DNA of 64,000 nt, taken from sequence record MF459647.1, one strand, 5' to 3'. Positions 26,978-36,759 of this stretch are shown piece by piece; the stretch's first letter is position 1, and every line of letters begins with the position of its first letter. The notes under the pieces are model-generated. The model was not told where the DNA came from. It made no database searches and saw only the letters and a program-made list of their open reading frames with translations. A program made the position numbers and the translations under genes.

Positions 26978-27772
26978 TTATTTGTACATCAGTAATTCCG
27001 TAACTGATTGGCGTGTGTCACCTTTACAACTGATGAGCCGCATGATGTCCAGCTCAACAAAAGAGAATCCATTATAGAGTTCTTTTACAACTTCATTGTT
27101 AGAGTTCGTGGCAATAACCTTTATGCCTTTACTGGCTAATTCTTCCAGGCGACATTTTAATTCTACCTGGTGAGTCATATTAAAGGGTTCTTTATTGTAG
27201 TTGGTAAAGTTACTGGTGTAGTTAAGAGGGACATAGGGTGGGTCGCAAAACACCACATCGTTGTCGTTAGCCGTTGCCAGGGTTTCTTCAAAGGACTGAT
27301 GGAGAAACACGGCGTTCTGACTGTGCCTATGAAAATCCAGTAACTCTTCTTCTGGGAAGTACACTGACTTGTATTTTCCGTAAGCGGCGTTAAACACCCC
27401 CTTCAGATTATACCGCACCAACCCGTTAAAGCTGTGGCGGTTTAAATACAGCAATAACACAGCCCGTTCATAAGCGTCCTCAGAGTTGTTGTACTCGTCT
27501 CGGAACTTAAGGTACTGTTCTGGATTGTTGTGTTTAAACAACGCCTGTGTGTCCTTTATAACACGTTTAACGTTATCCCTGACAGCAGTATGAAGACTGA
27601 TTAAATCTTTGTTGTTATCCGAGAGAACATACTCATCAAACTGGGTATTGAGGAACACCGCCCCGCTACCTACAAAGGGTTCTATCAATCGCTTGCCAGA
27701 ACCGACGTAGGGTAACAGTTGGTCGAGTACGCGAGTCTTGCCGCCTACCCATTTCAAATAGGGCCTAAGCAT
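26978..27772 (-). CDS. dam: Dam-family N6-adenine DNA methyltransferase
   Basis: LKWVGGK; IEPFVGSGAVF; NRHSFNGLVRYN; FCDPPY; TNS. Confidence 0.95.
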   Translation of the reverse strand: MLRPYLKWVGGKTRVLDQLLPYVGSGKRLIEPFVGSGAVFLNTQFDEYVLSDNNKDLISLHTAVRDNVKRVIKDTQALFKHNNPEQYLKFRDEYNNSEDAYERAVLLLYLNRHSFNGLVRYNLKGVFNAAYGKYKSVYFPEEELLDFHRHSQNAVFLHQSFEETLATANDNDVVFCDPPYVPLNYTSNFTNYNKEPFNMTHQVELKCRLEELASKGIKVIATNSNNEVVKELYNGFSFVELDIMRLISCKGDTRQSVTELLMYK

Positions 27773-27805
27773 TGCTGTATCCTTAACATACAGTAATTTT
27801 TACGT

Positions 27806-27823
27806 CTACATTATTAACATGAA
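27806..27823 (+). promoter_or_regulatory. Early-type phage promoter motif flanked by 12-bp repeats
   Basis: cTACATTAT-taaca-TGAA; agtaatttttac at 27792 and 27832. Confidence 0.65.
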
Positions 27824-27857
27824 TAACGTATAGTAATTTTTACTTGGAGTGTAACGA

Positions 27858-28286
27858 ATGAAAAAGGTAATTGCAGGTCTGGTTGCAGGTTTAGTTTTAG
27901 TATCCGGTTCAGCGTTCGCCGATACCGTGTTTTATTGTAAAAGTGATACTACTATGGTAACCGTCGTAGAGAAAAACAATATCTTTACGTTTAGCGAATT
28001 TAAAGAAGGTCGCACCAAACCTGTGTTGTCTATTTCCAAACCCCGTGACAGTCTGGGGATGGACATCAATACCGAGAACGGTCGCGACTTCGCCGTCTCG
28101 TTGATGTTCGTAGAAGGCGACATTGTTTATCAAGCTGCCAACGATAAACAGGGCGGTAAAAACTACGGCAGCTTTGAAGTGCTGCGCATGGGAACGTCCG
28201 TGGGATTTGGCAAGTGTGAGCCTGACAGTTACATCCAGAAGCTCACCGATGCGAAAACCATGAAAGACATCACGGTCGTTGATTAA
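27858..28286 (+). CDS. Secreted or periplasmic protein
   Basis: Sec signal MKKVIAGLVAGLVLVSGSAFA-D; beta-rich with two Cys. Confidence 0.8.
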   Translation: MKKVIAGLVAGLVLVSGSAFADTVFYCKSDTTMVTVVEKNNIFTFSEFKEGRTKPVLSISKPRDSLGMDINTENGRDFAVSLMFVEGDIVYQAANDKQGGKNYGSFEVLRMGTSVGFGKCEPDSYIQKLTDAKTMKDITVVD

Positions 28287-28322
28287 CGTTATCAGTTATT
28301 CCATATAACAAAGGAAGGCAAT

Positions 28323-29162
28323 ATGTTTAGCAAGAACCTTGACTGGTTTACTCGGTCATCTTATTTTAGGACCTGGAGCCGTGTGTTGCTGCGCATGGGC
28401 GGTGACTACCCGAAGCAGGTTGAAATCTCGCTCAATACCCCCAACGATTGGGATTTGGAATGGCGGGATATGCTGCAGTGTCGGGTGCGTGTTCATCAGA
28501 CGCCGAAAGCAGAACGGGATGTGTATACCCACAACCTCCCCGACAGCGTGTATGATACCCTGGTAGATCATTTCGATACAGAGACGGCGGACTTCTTTGT
28601 TCACACCGACCTTTATAAAATGATTGACTGGGAAAACTTCGACGAAGTTGAAGCCGACTGGATCGGAGGCGGTGGGGTGCCTATCGCACTGGTGATTAAG
28701 TCCCAGGCATGGTTACCGAATCTGATGCGGGACTACTGGGAAGCCAACCGCGCAACACTGTGTGAAAGCTTCTACATTCACCGTGATGCTCGCATGCAAG
28801 CCAAGCTGCGTTTACTGGCCAACAAGTTCAATCCCGAAGATGCCGGTGACTTCGGTAAGTTCATGAACTACGTGACCACTGCTGATAACGTGTGGAACCC
28901 TGAGAAGTATCAGAACTCACGGGTTATGTCTGGCAACAGCTTTGGTAAAGAATCCTGGTTCCGTTACCAGTATGTGTTAGGTAACGCCTTTGCCGAAGGT
29001 TACATCGACACCTTCCAGTTCCGTGTCTTTAAGAACCACTCGAACTTCCAGCTTTACATGAAGACTCGCGACGGTCAGTGGCCCGAGAACTGTACCTACA
29101 GTGTCACGGTCGATAAGAAGAACGACATGATTGCGTTCATTGCTGACAAACTTAACCATTAA
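28323..29162 (+). CDS. Hypothetical protein
   Basis: aaggaagg SD. Confidence 0.75.
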   Translation: MFSKNLDWFTRSSYFRTWSRVLLRMGGDYPKQVEISLNTPNDWDLEWRDMLQCRVRVHQTPKAERDVYTHNLPDSVYDTLVDHFDTETADFFVHTDLYKMIDWENFDEVEADWIGGGGVPIALVIKSQAWLPNLMRDYWEANRATLCESFYIHRDARMQAKLRLLANKFNPEDAGDFGKFMNYVTTADNVWNPEKYQNSRVMSGNSFGKESWFRYQYVLGNAFAEGYIDTFQFRVFKNHSNFQLYMKTRDGQWPENCTYSVTVDKKNDMIAFIADKLNH

Positions 29163-29202
29163 TCTATTTGAAGGGGAGTCCATCTCCCCGTAAGGAAACA
29201 AC

Positions 29203-29643
29203 ATGACTCTGAACTTAGTAAAAACTCACGAAGAAAACACCACCCCGGCTTTCACTATCATTACCGTTGACCGCTTTGGTGAGGAAACGCTGTGCTATGT
29301 TGACCAGGACGAATTTCTGGGTGAAGCGCTGCTCTCTTTTGATGAAGACGGCAGCACTCGTTTTGGTGTGCTGTACGACAACAATGAAACTCACTCTCAG
29401 ATTATGATGGTGAACTATTTCAGCGGCGACCTGGAAATGTTGAAACTGGTTGCGTACCACAATGATTCCGAGCTGGTGCTGACCTGCTGTATCGAAAACG
29501 AAGACGGAGCCGACAAGCGTCTTAATGACGTTGTGGACTTCCTGAACAGTTCAGAGAAACTTCTGATGATTAATGGCGACGTTTGGACGGAGATTCTGAG
29601 CGCATACGGGAACTGCATGGATCGCTTCCAACAGGAGGCGTGA
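29203..29643 (+). CDS. Acidic hypothetical protein
   Basis: taagga SD. Confidence 0.75.
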   Translation: MTLNLVKTHEENTTPAFTIITVDRFGEETLCYVDQDEFLGEALLSFDEDGSTRFGVLYDNNETHSQIMMVNYFSGDLEMLKLVAYHNDSELVLTCCIENEDGADKRLNDVVDFLNSSEKLLMINGDVWTEILSAYGNCMDRFQQEA

Positions 29644-29644
29644 T

Positions 29645-30118
29645 ATGGTTACTCGTCGCTTGACCTCACGGAACCGGGTTAACTCAGCGCACTATGTGGT
29701 TAACCATGTTCACTATGCCCGTAACGGCATTTACGAAATTAAACTGGCAGAGTTTCCCGCTGACCGCATTCTTAACTCCGACGAATCATTAGAGCGTCTG
29801 GCCCGAGCAATGCAGCGCGAAGCTTTTATTGTGGAATACTACCCCAGCTTAGCCCACAACCCGAACAAAGAAAAGCAGTGTGCAAAAGTCCTCAAAGCCT
29901 GGTACGACGCCAAAGAACGTGTTATTCGCGGCATGGTTCAGCTTGAGGGACATTATGCGCGTCACCTTGACCAACTGATTCGGTATTCAGGTGAACTCAC
30001 ATTGGCTATTCGTGGCAAGTACATTCCGGGTGGTGCCAACAAGAATGAATCCACTACCTTTACCTACACGGAAATCACCGGTTTCCGTTTAATGATCCCT
30101 AACGTTCGCTCTTGGTAA
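29645..30118 (+). CDS. Hypothetical protein
   Basis: aggagg SD. Confidence 0.75.
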   Translation: MVTRRLTSRNRVNSAHYVVNHVHYARNGIYEIKLAEFPADRILNSDESLERLARAMQREAFIVEYYPSLAHNPNKEKQCAKVLKAWYDAKERVIRGMVQLEGHYARHLDQLIRYSGELTLAIRGKYIPGGANKNESTTFTYTEITGFRLMIPNVRSW

Positions 30119-30144
30119 TCCAATTACTTAATAAGGACAGTATA

Positions 30145-30777
30145 ATGAACAAGCATTCTTTCTTCTCCTCACTCGCTTCTTTCCGTAATCCTGAGTTCAA
30201 AAAAATCGCCTTTCAAAGAAAATGTGTTACCGCTATTCGCGAGCACCTGAAATGGTTGGTAACGGATTTTGAACTCACTGACGATCTTTATCAGGAAGGC
30301 CGTCCTATTTTGCTGGAGCCCAGCAAAACCAAAGTGGACGATAATCTGGAACTGGTGATTGCAACAGAGATTGATTTACGCGGTCACATTCTGACATACA
30401 TTGCTTTCCACAGCTATAAAGAGAAACAACCTAAAGCCAAAGAAGGCAAAGTGGATGACACGTCTAAAGTGAACCAACCCACTGGATTTGGTTTCAGCCA
30501 CCAGTCATCTGACCGTGACTCTCGTACTCCGTGGCCGACTTCAATGGATCCGAAAGACACAGAAACCCACACTGTTTCAATTAAACGTCTCAGTGATCGC
30601 ATCTCAACTTTCTCAGTGCCGCGTTCTCAGGTACGACATGAAACTGTTCGTGGGCCGGAACTGTCGTTGGTCGATACATTGACACAAGACCACCAATTAC
30701 GTGAAGCGCTGTGGAAAGCTGAGTTCCGTATGTTCTATTCTGAAGAAGAAGCCATCTTTACTGTTGCGATAATCTAA
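30145..30777 (+). CDS. Hypothetical protein
   Basis: taagga SD before ATG 30145. Confidence 0.7.
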   Translation: MNKHSFFSSLASFRNPEFKKIAFQRKCVTAIREHLKWLVTDFELTDDLYQEGRPILLEPSKTKVDDNLELVIATEIDLRGHILTYIAFHSYKEKQPKAKEGKVDDTSKVNQPTGFGFSHQSSDRDSRTPWPTSMDPKDTETHTVSIKRLSDRISTFSVPRSQVRHETVRGPELSLVDTLTQDHQLREALWKAEFRMFYSEEEAIFTVAII

Positions 30778-31010
30778 TGATACGCGAGCTGGAAAACGGC
30801 AAGCGGTACTTAAGTTACTCCGGTCGACCCTTCCAGGTCACCGGGGTGATGCAGTATGCGCTGAACTGTTCAGTCAGGGCAGTTCGATATATCAACCTTC
30901 TTCCAACCGACGATGCCGCTGCAGGTACAGAGTGGTATCTGGAAGAGTCTGTGTTTTTAAGAACGTTCCGGTACGATGATACCGAGACGTATGTCACGAG
31001 GGTAGAATAA
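30777..31010 (+). CDS. DUF1653-like small SH3-fold protein
   Basis: GKRYLSYSGRPFQVTGV...VRYINL...WYLEESVFL pattern. Confidence 0.55.
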   Translation: MIRELENGKRYLSYSGRPFQVTGVMQYALNCSVRAVRYINLLPTDDAAAGTEWYLEESVFLRTFRYDDTETYVTRVE

Positions 31011-31666
31011 TGGAACCAATTGTCAATAACCGCGTAGTAGAACCGTCTCATACCGTCAGTGAAGATATTTACCTGTTGTCGATGTCTGCGGTCGGTGATA
31101 TCGCAAAAGCGATTTACGTCAGTATCTTTGCGTTGGTGAATGAACCCCACCAGGTAAAGAACGTTAAAGTTCACCGGGCCCGTATCGTTACCGATGATCG
31201 TCGTCGTTCTATGCAAAAAGACTTTATCGGTAAAGTCCGTTTTCTGGAAGCCCGCTGCGGGAATCACCTGTTGGAAAACTACTGTACAGACCGCGTCACG
31301 GGAATTAACAACTTTGTATTCTACCCCACCGCTTTTATCAACGAACATTGTGCAAACAAAGTCAACAGCGCAAAAGCGTTAGCTGAAACGTTTGAACAGC
31401 ATGGCGTTGCTACGTCCTACATGGAACTGGGGATGGCGCTTAACTTGATAGCACATCAATACCAGGCCAGTGCAATGGCGGGTGATTTCCATCAGCACCG
31501 CATGGAACTGTTGGATAACATCAAACAACAGGTTCAGGACAATTTCCCGGAGTTAATGATTGAAGAACACCGGATGATTGTTGATGGACCCATTTTCTAC
31601 AAGCTGCGTAAATGCCCCGGTAATGTGGAGAAAGATAATGTCTCAACTGAAGACGAGGATGAATGA
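31010..31666 (+). CDS. Hypothetical protein
   Basis: TAATG coupling. Confidence 0.75.
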   Translation: MEPIVNNRVVEPSHTVSEDIYLLSMSAVGDIAKAIYVSIFALVNEPHQVKNVKVHRARIVTDDRRRSMQKDFIGKVRFLEARCGNHLLENYCTDRVTGINNFVFYPTAFINEHCANKVNSAKALAETFEQHGVATSYMELGMALNLIAHQYQASAMAGDFHQHRMELLDNIKQQVQDNFPELMIEEHRMIVDGPIFYKLRKCPGNVEKDNVSTEDEDE

Positions 31667-31802
31667 TGCCTTCCTCGACCACCTGCTCAAAACCTCGGCT
31701 CCTGTCACGCCGAAAGCCAAACCCGATTTTACTCCGCCGCAACCCACAACGTTCCGGCAAATCTTTTCCACTACTTTAGAGAAAGCTAAAAATGAACGAT
31801 AA
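31659..31802 (+). CDS. Small hypothetical protein (47 aa)
   Basis: Overlaps both neighbours and fills the gap. Confidence 0.5.
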   Translation: MNDAFLDHLLKTSAPVTPKAKPDFTPPQPTTFRQIFSTTLEKAKNER

Positions 31803-32490
31803 ACAGATTGATGCAATTATTGACGATATCATGAACCTGGACAAAAAAGCCGAGTTTCTTCCTATCGTCACGCCGGATGGAAAAGAAACCCTTGTCAGTG
31901 TGGATACGGTAATGAAAGCCATCGGCTTGAGTAAACTGCACGAAGGTGAAATCTCGCCGGTTATTCTCGGTGAACAGGTTATCTTCGATCACAAAGATCG
32001 CATCTCCGGTAACCGTTATGTGTTCTATACTCATAGTCGGGTAAACACAGCGTTTGACTTAACGGTTTGTGTCATGAACAAAGACAACAAACTGATTAAA
32101 CGCGGGGTAGTCGCAGAGCTGTGCGGTGAGAGCTACACGTTTGCGCGTTTCATGGAAAACCTGTATCAGGAATTCAGCTTCGCGTTTGCGTACCCAGCAA
32201 CCACTACCATTCTCAATATGGCCAAAGCCGGATTGGGCGGTAACGAAGTTGACGAAGGGAACTGGGAACCGCTGTTGAACGGTAACAAGATTACTGATAA
32301 CGGCGAAGTTATCCCTCCCGGATTTAAACTGACTGAAGGTGACCAAAGTAAAGGGGTCATTGTTCAGGTTCTGGAAGACAGCGATCTTCCGCACAATGCG
32401 AAGGGTGAGATTGCTGAAGTTGCGCGTTACAACACCCCCACTTTCCCAAACAAATCAAAAATCGGCTTTGACCCAAAGGATAAGAACTAA
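31792..32490 (+). CDS. Hypothetical protein
   Basis: Tiles the run. Confidence 0.75.
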   Translation: MNDKQIDAIIDDIMNLDKKAEFLPIVTPDGKETLVSVDTVMKAIGLSKLHEGEISPVILGEQVIFDHKDRISGNRYVFYTHSRVNTAFDLTVCVMNKDNKLIKRGVVAELCGESYTFARFMENLYQEFSFAFAYPATTTILNMAKAGLGGNEVDEGNWEPLLNGNKITDNGEVIPPGFKLTEGDQSKGVIVQVLEDSDLPHNAKGEIAEVARYNTPTFPNKSKIGFDPKDKN

Positions 32491-32491
32491 T

Positions 32492-33019
32492 ATGTTACAC
32501 GTTAATTTAAGTATGCCACAGCACACCCGTTTCGGTCACGCTCTTCTGCATTTCTGGTATGGCTCTAAATCCGAAGAGATGCGTGGGCTGGTAATCTCCA
32601 TGACCGGTTACCCACACAACGGCGGTGAACACACCCTGACCGTCAGTGCACACCCGAAAGACGTCATTGCCTGGGTGCAGTTGTTCCGTGATGAGTTCCC
32701 GTATGTTGATGAAGAAATCCAGCTTCTTCTGAAAGAGTTGGAAGGCAAGACCACGGGCAAGGTTGACCTGATTCAGGTAATCCGCGACAACAAAGAAAGC
32801 CTGTTGTGGCAGTGGGTACGCTGTCAGGACCGTTTCATCAGTCCTGTTGATGAAAACACGGATAAGAAACAACTCATCCGCAAACACGTCGTCGGTCAAC
32901 AGCAACCGTTTGTGGGTCGTCCGGTTCGTACCGAAGAAGCACCTGATGAAATCCACTGTCGTGAAGAAGACGCACCGGCAATTATCGAACACATCAATCA
33001 ACACGGGTGGGTGCATTAA
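32492..33019 (+). CDS. Hypothetical protein
   Basis: Start placed at ATG 32492 after the previous stop. Confidence 0.7.
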   Translation: MLHVNLSMPQHTRFGHALLHFWYGSKSEEMRGLVISMTGYPHNGGEHTLTVSAHPKDVIAWVQLFRDEFPYVDEEIQLLLKELEGKTTGKVDLIQVIRDNKESLLWQWVRCQDRFISPVDENTDKKQLIRKHVVGQQQPFVGRPVRTEEAPDEIHCREEDAPAIIEHINQHGWVH

Positions 33020-33327
33020 TGTCTCGACTAAAAGAGTTTGCAGTGGTCTCTGAAACCACCGGTAAGGTCCTGGGACGCTACTTAGAAGATAAAGTGACCG
33101 GATGTATCAAGAAGTTCCGTCACCTCTCCTACGGCGTTCTGAAGGACGGTGAAGTGGTATCCCAGGACACCGTGATGCTCACGTCTACCCAAAAATACAT
33201 CCACGCAATAAAAGAAGTCGGCAACGACAAGTTTGTGGTGGATGGCAAAGCGTTTGGCCATGACGTCGAAATCTTGATGGTGCTTCAAGATTGGGAGGTC
33301 GAACCGATTCAAGCCGACGCAATTTAA
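33019..33327 (+). CDS. Hypothetical protein
   Basis: TAATG coupling. Confidence 0.7.
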   Translation: MSRLKEFAVVSETTGKVLGRYLEDKVTGCIKKFRHLSYGVLKDGEVVSQDTVMLTSTQKYIHAIKEVGNDKFVVDGKAFGHDVEILMVLQDWEVEPIQADAI

Positions 33328-33346
33328 TCTGCAGAAGTATTCGTCT

Positions 33347-33364
33347 CTACATCATTAACGTGAA
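33347..33364 (+). promoter_or_regulatory. Early-type phage promoter motif
   Basis: cTACATCAT-taacg-TGAA. Confidence 0.6.
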
Positions 33365-33382
33365 TCTAACCAGGAGTTATTA

Positions 33383-33748
33383 ATGTCAAATAAACATCAC
33401 CAAAATACCAACCCAATCAGAAACGTACTTGATACAGAATCGAGACTGTATCCTGGCCATTCGTTTCTTCATCCCACCGACATCATCTGCAATGCATTAC
33501 TGCAAGTTGTCATGAACATGGAAGTAGACACACGCTTCACCCTCCAGGAATTGGCGCAGGGTTATTGCAAATCCGATACCATCACCCACATGGATACCAC
33601 GGCGGTATACAAACAAATGTACGAACAGTTACTCATTCGTAACTTGGCGTACGTGGGTGGAATACCGGAAGGCACCGATTTGGGTGAAGTGGTTTGGTTC
33701 CGGTCGTTTGACAACGGCATGTACGAAATTTACAAAAATCACAAGTAA
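33383..33748 (+). CDS. Hypothetical protein
   Basis: aggag SD. Confidence 0.75.
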   Translation: MSNKHHQNTNPIRNVLDTESRLYPGHSFLHPTDIICNALLQVVMNMEVDTRFTLQELAQGYCKSDTITHMDTTAVYKQMYEQLLIRNLAYVGGIPEGTDLGEVVWFRSFDNGMYEIYKNHK

Positions 33749-33759
33749 GGAGAACGGCA

Positions 33760-34683
33760 ATGGGTATGTTTGACAGTATCAAAGTAGATGAACACAACGT
33801 TTGCAATATCGCTATTCCGGTAGATGAGTATCAAACTTACAGTCTGGACAATCAGTGCTGGACGTATCGCATTACACAAGACGGCAAGTTGGTTGTTGAC
33901 AACAAACCCAGCGACTACGCAAAGCCTTACGATGAGCAATTCCAACGTTGCTTGAGTGACGGAGCATTTGCATTGGCCAGAATTAACTCCGGTCTGTTTG
34001 AGGGCGTTATTCAAATGGGCGGTGACGTCAAAGAGATTGGCGAATGGAAAGATTACACGCTATTGATTCACGGTAGCGAAATCCAGTTTGTCATGTCTTA
34101 CGGCGAAGTGATTTACAGTCGCGATCCTGAAAGCAATGATAACTTTAAAGAAGCCATTGAGCGGGAATGTAATCAACCATCGATTTCAGCAACACAAGAC
34201 ATCATGTTTCAGCAGATGATGTCGACTAAACATCTTCTAATGAAGCCGGCCACTATGGAAGGTGTGCGTGCAGCAAACAGCATACTTGAAGAGACCATGG
34301 CAAAGCTGGGTTACAACATTGACGGCACACCATCGGAACGCGGACCCGCTACACCTGAAGACAGTGAGTTTGTCAAAACATTGTCCGCGAAGTTCCCTGG
34401 CATCCTGCGTCCTGATGGCAGTATTGATATCTATCAACTCATCCGCGGTCAAACAGGCGATCTGAGTGTTGAGATGATCAAGCAACTCAACGAATCACCC
34501 ATCATGGACCATTATGCTGATGGGATTGTTAACCTGGGTTCAAATATGGAATCTCGTTGTGCGTCTCGTTCTTTGCTAACTAAAGAGCAGGCAGAGAAAG
34601 GGTTTAAGCTCGAATTAGAGGCCCGCAGAGAAAAACTGTTAGAAGAAATAAAGAAAGGAGAGGATGATGGAAGTAAAATTTGA
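33760..34683 (+). CDS. Hypothetical protein
   Basis: aaggag SD; MGMFDSI...EYQTYSL...YRITQDGKL N-terminus of a type common in phage hypotheticals. Confidence 0.75.
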   Translation: MGMFDSIKVDEHNVCNIAIPVDEYQTYSLDNQCWTYRITQDGKLVVDNKPSDYAKPYDEQFQRCLSDGAFALARINSGLFEGVIQMGGDVKEIGEWKDYTLLIHGSEIQFVMSYGEVIYSRDPESNDNFKEAIERECNQPSISATQDIMFQQMMSTKHLLMKPATMEGVRAANSILEETMAKLGYNIDGTPSERGPATPEDSEFVKTLSAKFPGILRPDGSIDIYQLIRGQTGDLSVEMIKQLNESPIMDHYADGIVNLGSNMESRCASRSLLTKEQAEKGFKLELEARREKLLEEIKKGEDDGSKI

Positions 34684-35110
34684 TGTTACTCCGGCGCAGC
34701 TTAAACGTTTAATGGGTAGCAGCCAGACCGATAAAGAGGTGGTTACTCGGCTTATCAACGCGATAAACCAGTCGGAATTCTTTAAGTCAATTGATGATCT
34801 GGCTAGCGATATCGTTGCTCATATTTTGAACACTGTTACTGTTAAAGCCAATGAACGTGGATTCTCTATTGCTGCAACAGCGATGTTTTACATCACCAAC
34901 GTCAAACCTCAAAAAATGGACAAAGAGGTGTTTGATATGTTGGTGGATATGGTTAGAAACCGACTATTGAAAATGGGACTAATCTATAAACATCCTGAAT
35001 GCGATAAAGTAGCCGACAACGACCTGTGGAAGTTTGGTGAAAATCAACCAGCCATATTCAGGGACTCTGCTGCATTTCACTTCGCCCACACATTCTCTCA
35101 GTTTAAATAA
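34664..35110 (+). CDS. Hypothetical protein
   Basis: aaggag SD; overlap. Confidence 0.7.
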   Translation: MMEVKFDVTPAQLKRLMGSSQTDKEVVTRLINAINQSEFFKSIDDLASDIVAHILNTVTVKANERGFSIAATAMFYITNVKPQKMDKEVFDMLVDMVRNRLLKMGLIYKHPECDKVADNDLWKFGENQPAIFRDSAAFHFAHTFSQFK

Positions 35111-35118
35111 GGTACAAC

Positions 35119-35325
35119 ATGGAAAAGGTCAAACGTCTGTACGTCATGGTTAACAACACCCGTGTGGGTTCCGGTTATACCGACTATAACCGCGCAGTAA
35201 AGAAGTTCAATCAGGCAGTTAAAAGCAACAGCGGCAACAATAAAGTAAGCCTTGTTATTCTCACCGACAAGAATAACAAAGTTGAGCTGCTGTCTAACCA
35301 ATCACAAGAGCAGTTCGCTGCTTAA
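35119..35325 (+). CDS. Small hypothetical protein
   Basis: taagg SD. Confidence 0.7.
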   Translation: MEKVKRLYVMVNNTRVGSGYTDYNRAVKKFNQAVKSNSGNNKVSLVILTDKNNKVELLSNQSQEQFAA

Positions 35326-35365
35326 TTAGCATTACTCTATAACTACAATATCTTAAGGAACCATT

Positions 35366-35740
35366 ATGTCTCGTAAATTAAAATCTGTAGAGTCTGTAAC
35401 TCGTTTCGCCTTAACCCGTCTGTCTTCTATGCTGTACCGTCTGCATAAAGAAAAGACCATGAAAGAAATTGCTGAACGTGCTGGCGTGTCAGCGAGTGTT
35501 CTGTCGAGCATCAAAAACGACACCATTAAAAGCATTGCGCTCCCGCGTGTACTCCGTATCATTGAAAACCTCAACGTGGAGTACACCATGAACATCAGCA
35601 ACCGCGCCGGCATCAAATACTACTCCTTTGAAATGGAAGGCCACGGTCACTTTGGGCGGTCTGATAAAGACACCGTCGAAGTCCGTGAGCCGGGTAAGAA
35701 ATTACCCAAACACGTTCCGTCTACTGTTCGCTATAACTAA
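35366..35740 (+). CDS. XRE/Cro-like HTH DNA-binding protein
   Basis: KTMKEIAERAGVSASVLSSIKN...RVLRIIENL. Confidence 0.75.
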   Translation: MSRKLKSVESVTRFALTRLSSMLYRLHKEKTMKEIAERAGVSASVLSSIKNDTIKSIALPRVLRIIENLNVEYTMNISNRAGIKYYSFEMEGHGHFGRSDKDTVEVREPGKKLPKHVPSTVRYN

Positions 35741-35748
35741 GGTGTCCC

Positions 35749-36003
35749 ATGCTTGAGAATTTGCAGTACGTGGTGTTTATTGACACAAAGCTTCAACTCA
35801 TGCCGCGTTTCAACAATGATACGCACGCAGAAATAGGCCCGGCTAAAATCAAGGTACCGGTGCTGTTTGATGAAGCCATCATCCGTCAGTTACTGCCTGC
35901 CAAAATCATGGTAGTCACCATGGATCCTAAAAAGCGTCAGGTCATCAAATCTACGGTAATTGAACGCTGTGAAACATGGCCTCCGTTTGTAGACAAAGCG
36001 TAA
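35749..36003 (+). CDS. Hypothetical protein
   Basis: taagg SD. Confidence 0.7.
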   Translation: MLENLQYVVFIDTKLQLMPRFNNDTHAEIGPAKIKVPVLFDEAIIRQLLPAKIMVVTMDPKKRQVIKSTVIERCETWPPFVDKA

Positions 36004-36007
36004 CGTT

Positions 36008-36040
36008 ACTACTCCTACCCAAAAGGTAGGAGTAGTTTTT
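36008..36040 (+). terminator. Terminator of the tactcct/aggagta family
   Basis: actactcctacc-caaaa-ggtaggagtagt followed by T-run. Confidence 0.8.
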
Positions 36041-36081
36041 CACTGCCTTTTTATTTGTATGTTTGCTATTGGGTTTGAAAC

Positions 36082-36099
36082 CTATATTACTATTATGAG
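36082..36099 (+). promoter_or_regulatory. Early-type phage promoter containing exact TATATTAC
   Basis: cTATATTAC-tatta-TGAG. Confidence 0.7.
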
Positions 36100-36122
36100 A
36101 AAAGTGAAAAGGTTCTTTTATC

Positions 36123-36740
36123 ATGGCTAAATTTAATAAATTTGGACGGGAGTTTCTTTTAAATAAAGCAGCATGTCCAGATGTGGTTTACTGGGCTTTA
36201 CGGTTTAGTGATGAAGGGTTTTGGAATGCCGACAAAGATTCATGGATGGGGGCATTTAATATCCGAATTGACAAAACCACTATCTTGCTGCATACCAGTA
36301 ATGAAAACGACGACACCAATTTCCTGAAGTTCTTGTGGAAACTGCATAAACTGGAAACAGCAATAAAGCAGTTCATGGAAACAGCCAAGAAAGGTCCCAA
36401 AGGGTTTAAGAGTACCAGGACCTGGCTTAATCCAGAAAACACCAAAGGCGAACATTACTTTAACGGCTATGTGGTTCAGTCGTTTGAAGAAGCGTCTTTC
36501 TCACGTATCTCTATTGCTGACTGCAACCGATCCATCATCATGTCGTTTGCTGATGAGACCATTGGAGGAAGATGGGCAAAGCGAGAGAACAGAGACAACT
36601 ATCGCCGACTCGAAAGCATAATCAAACAGATTGGTGCTATTCGAGAAGCAGCTAAACAAATCAATGAAAAAGTGGCAGCGCGCCCACCCGTAAAAGAAGA
36701 TCGGGTTCCGGTGTCCACCACGAAGATTACGGTACGTTAA
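36123..36740 (+). CDS. Hypothetical protein
   Basis: First ORF after the early motif. Confidence 0.75.
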   Translation: MAKFNKFGREFLLNKAACPDVVYWALRFSDEGFWNADKDSWMGAFNIRIDKTTILLHTSNENDDTNFLKFLWKLHKLETAIKQFMETAKKGPKGFKSTRTWLNPENTKGEHYFNGYVVQSFEEASFSRISIADCNRSIIMSFADETIGGRWAKRENRDNYRRLESIIKQIGAIREAAKQINEKVAARPPVKEDRVPVSTTKITVR

Positions 36741-36759
36741 TTATTAAGGATGGAACGTT

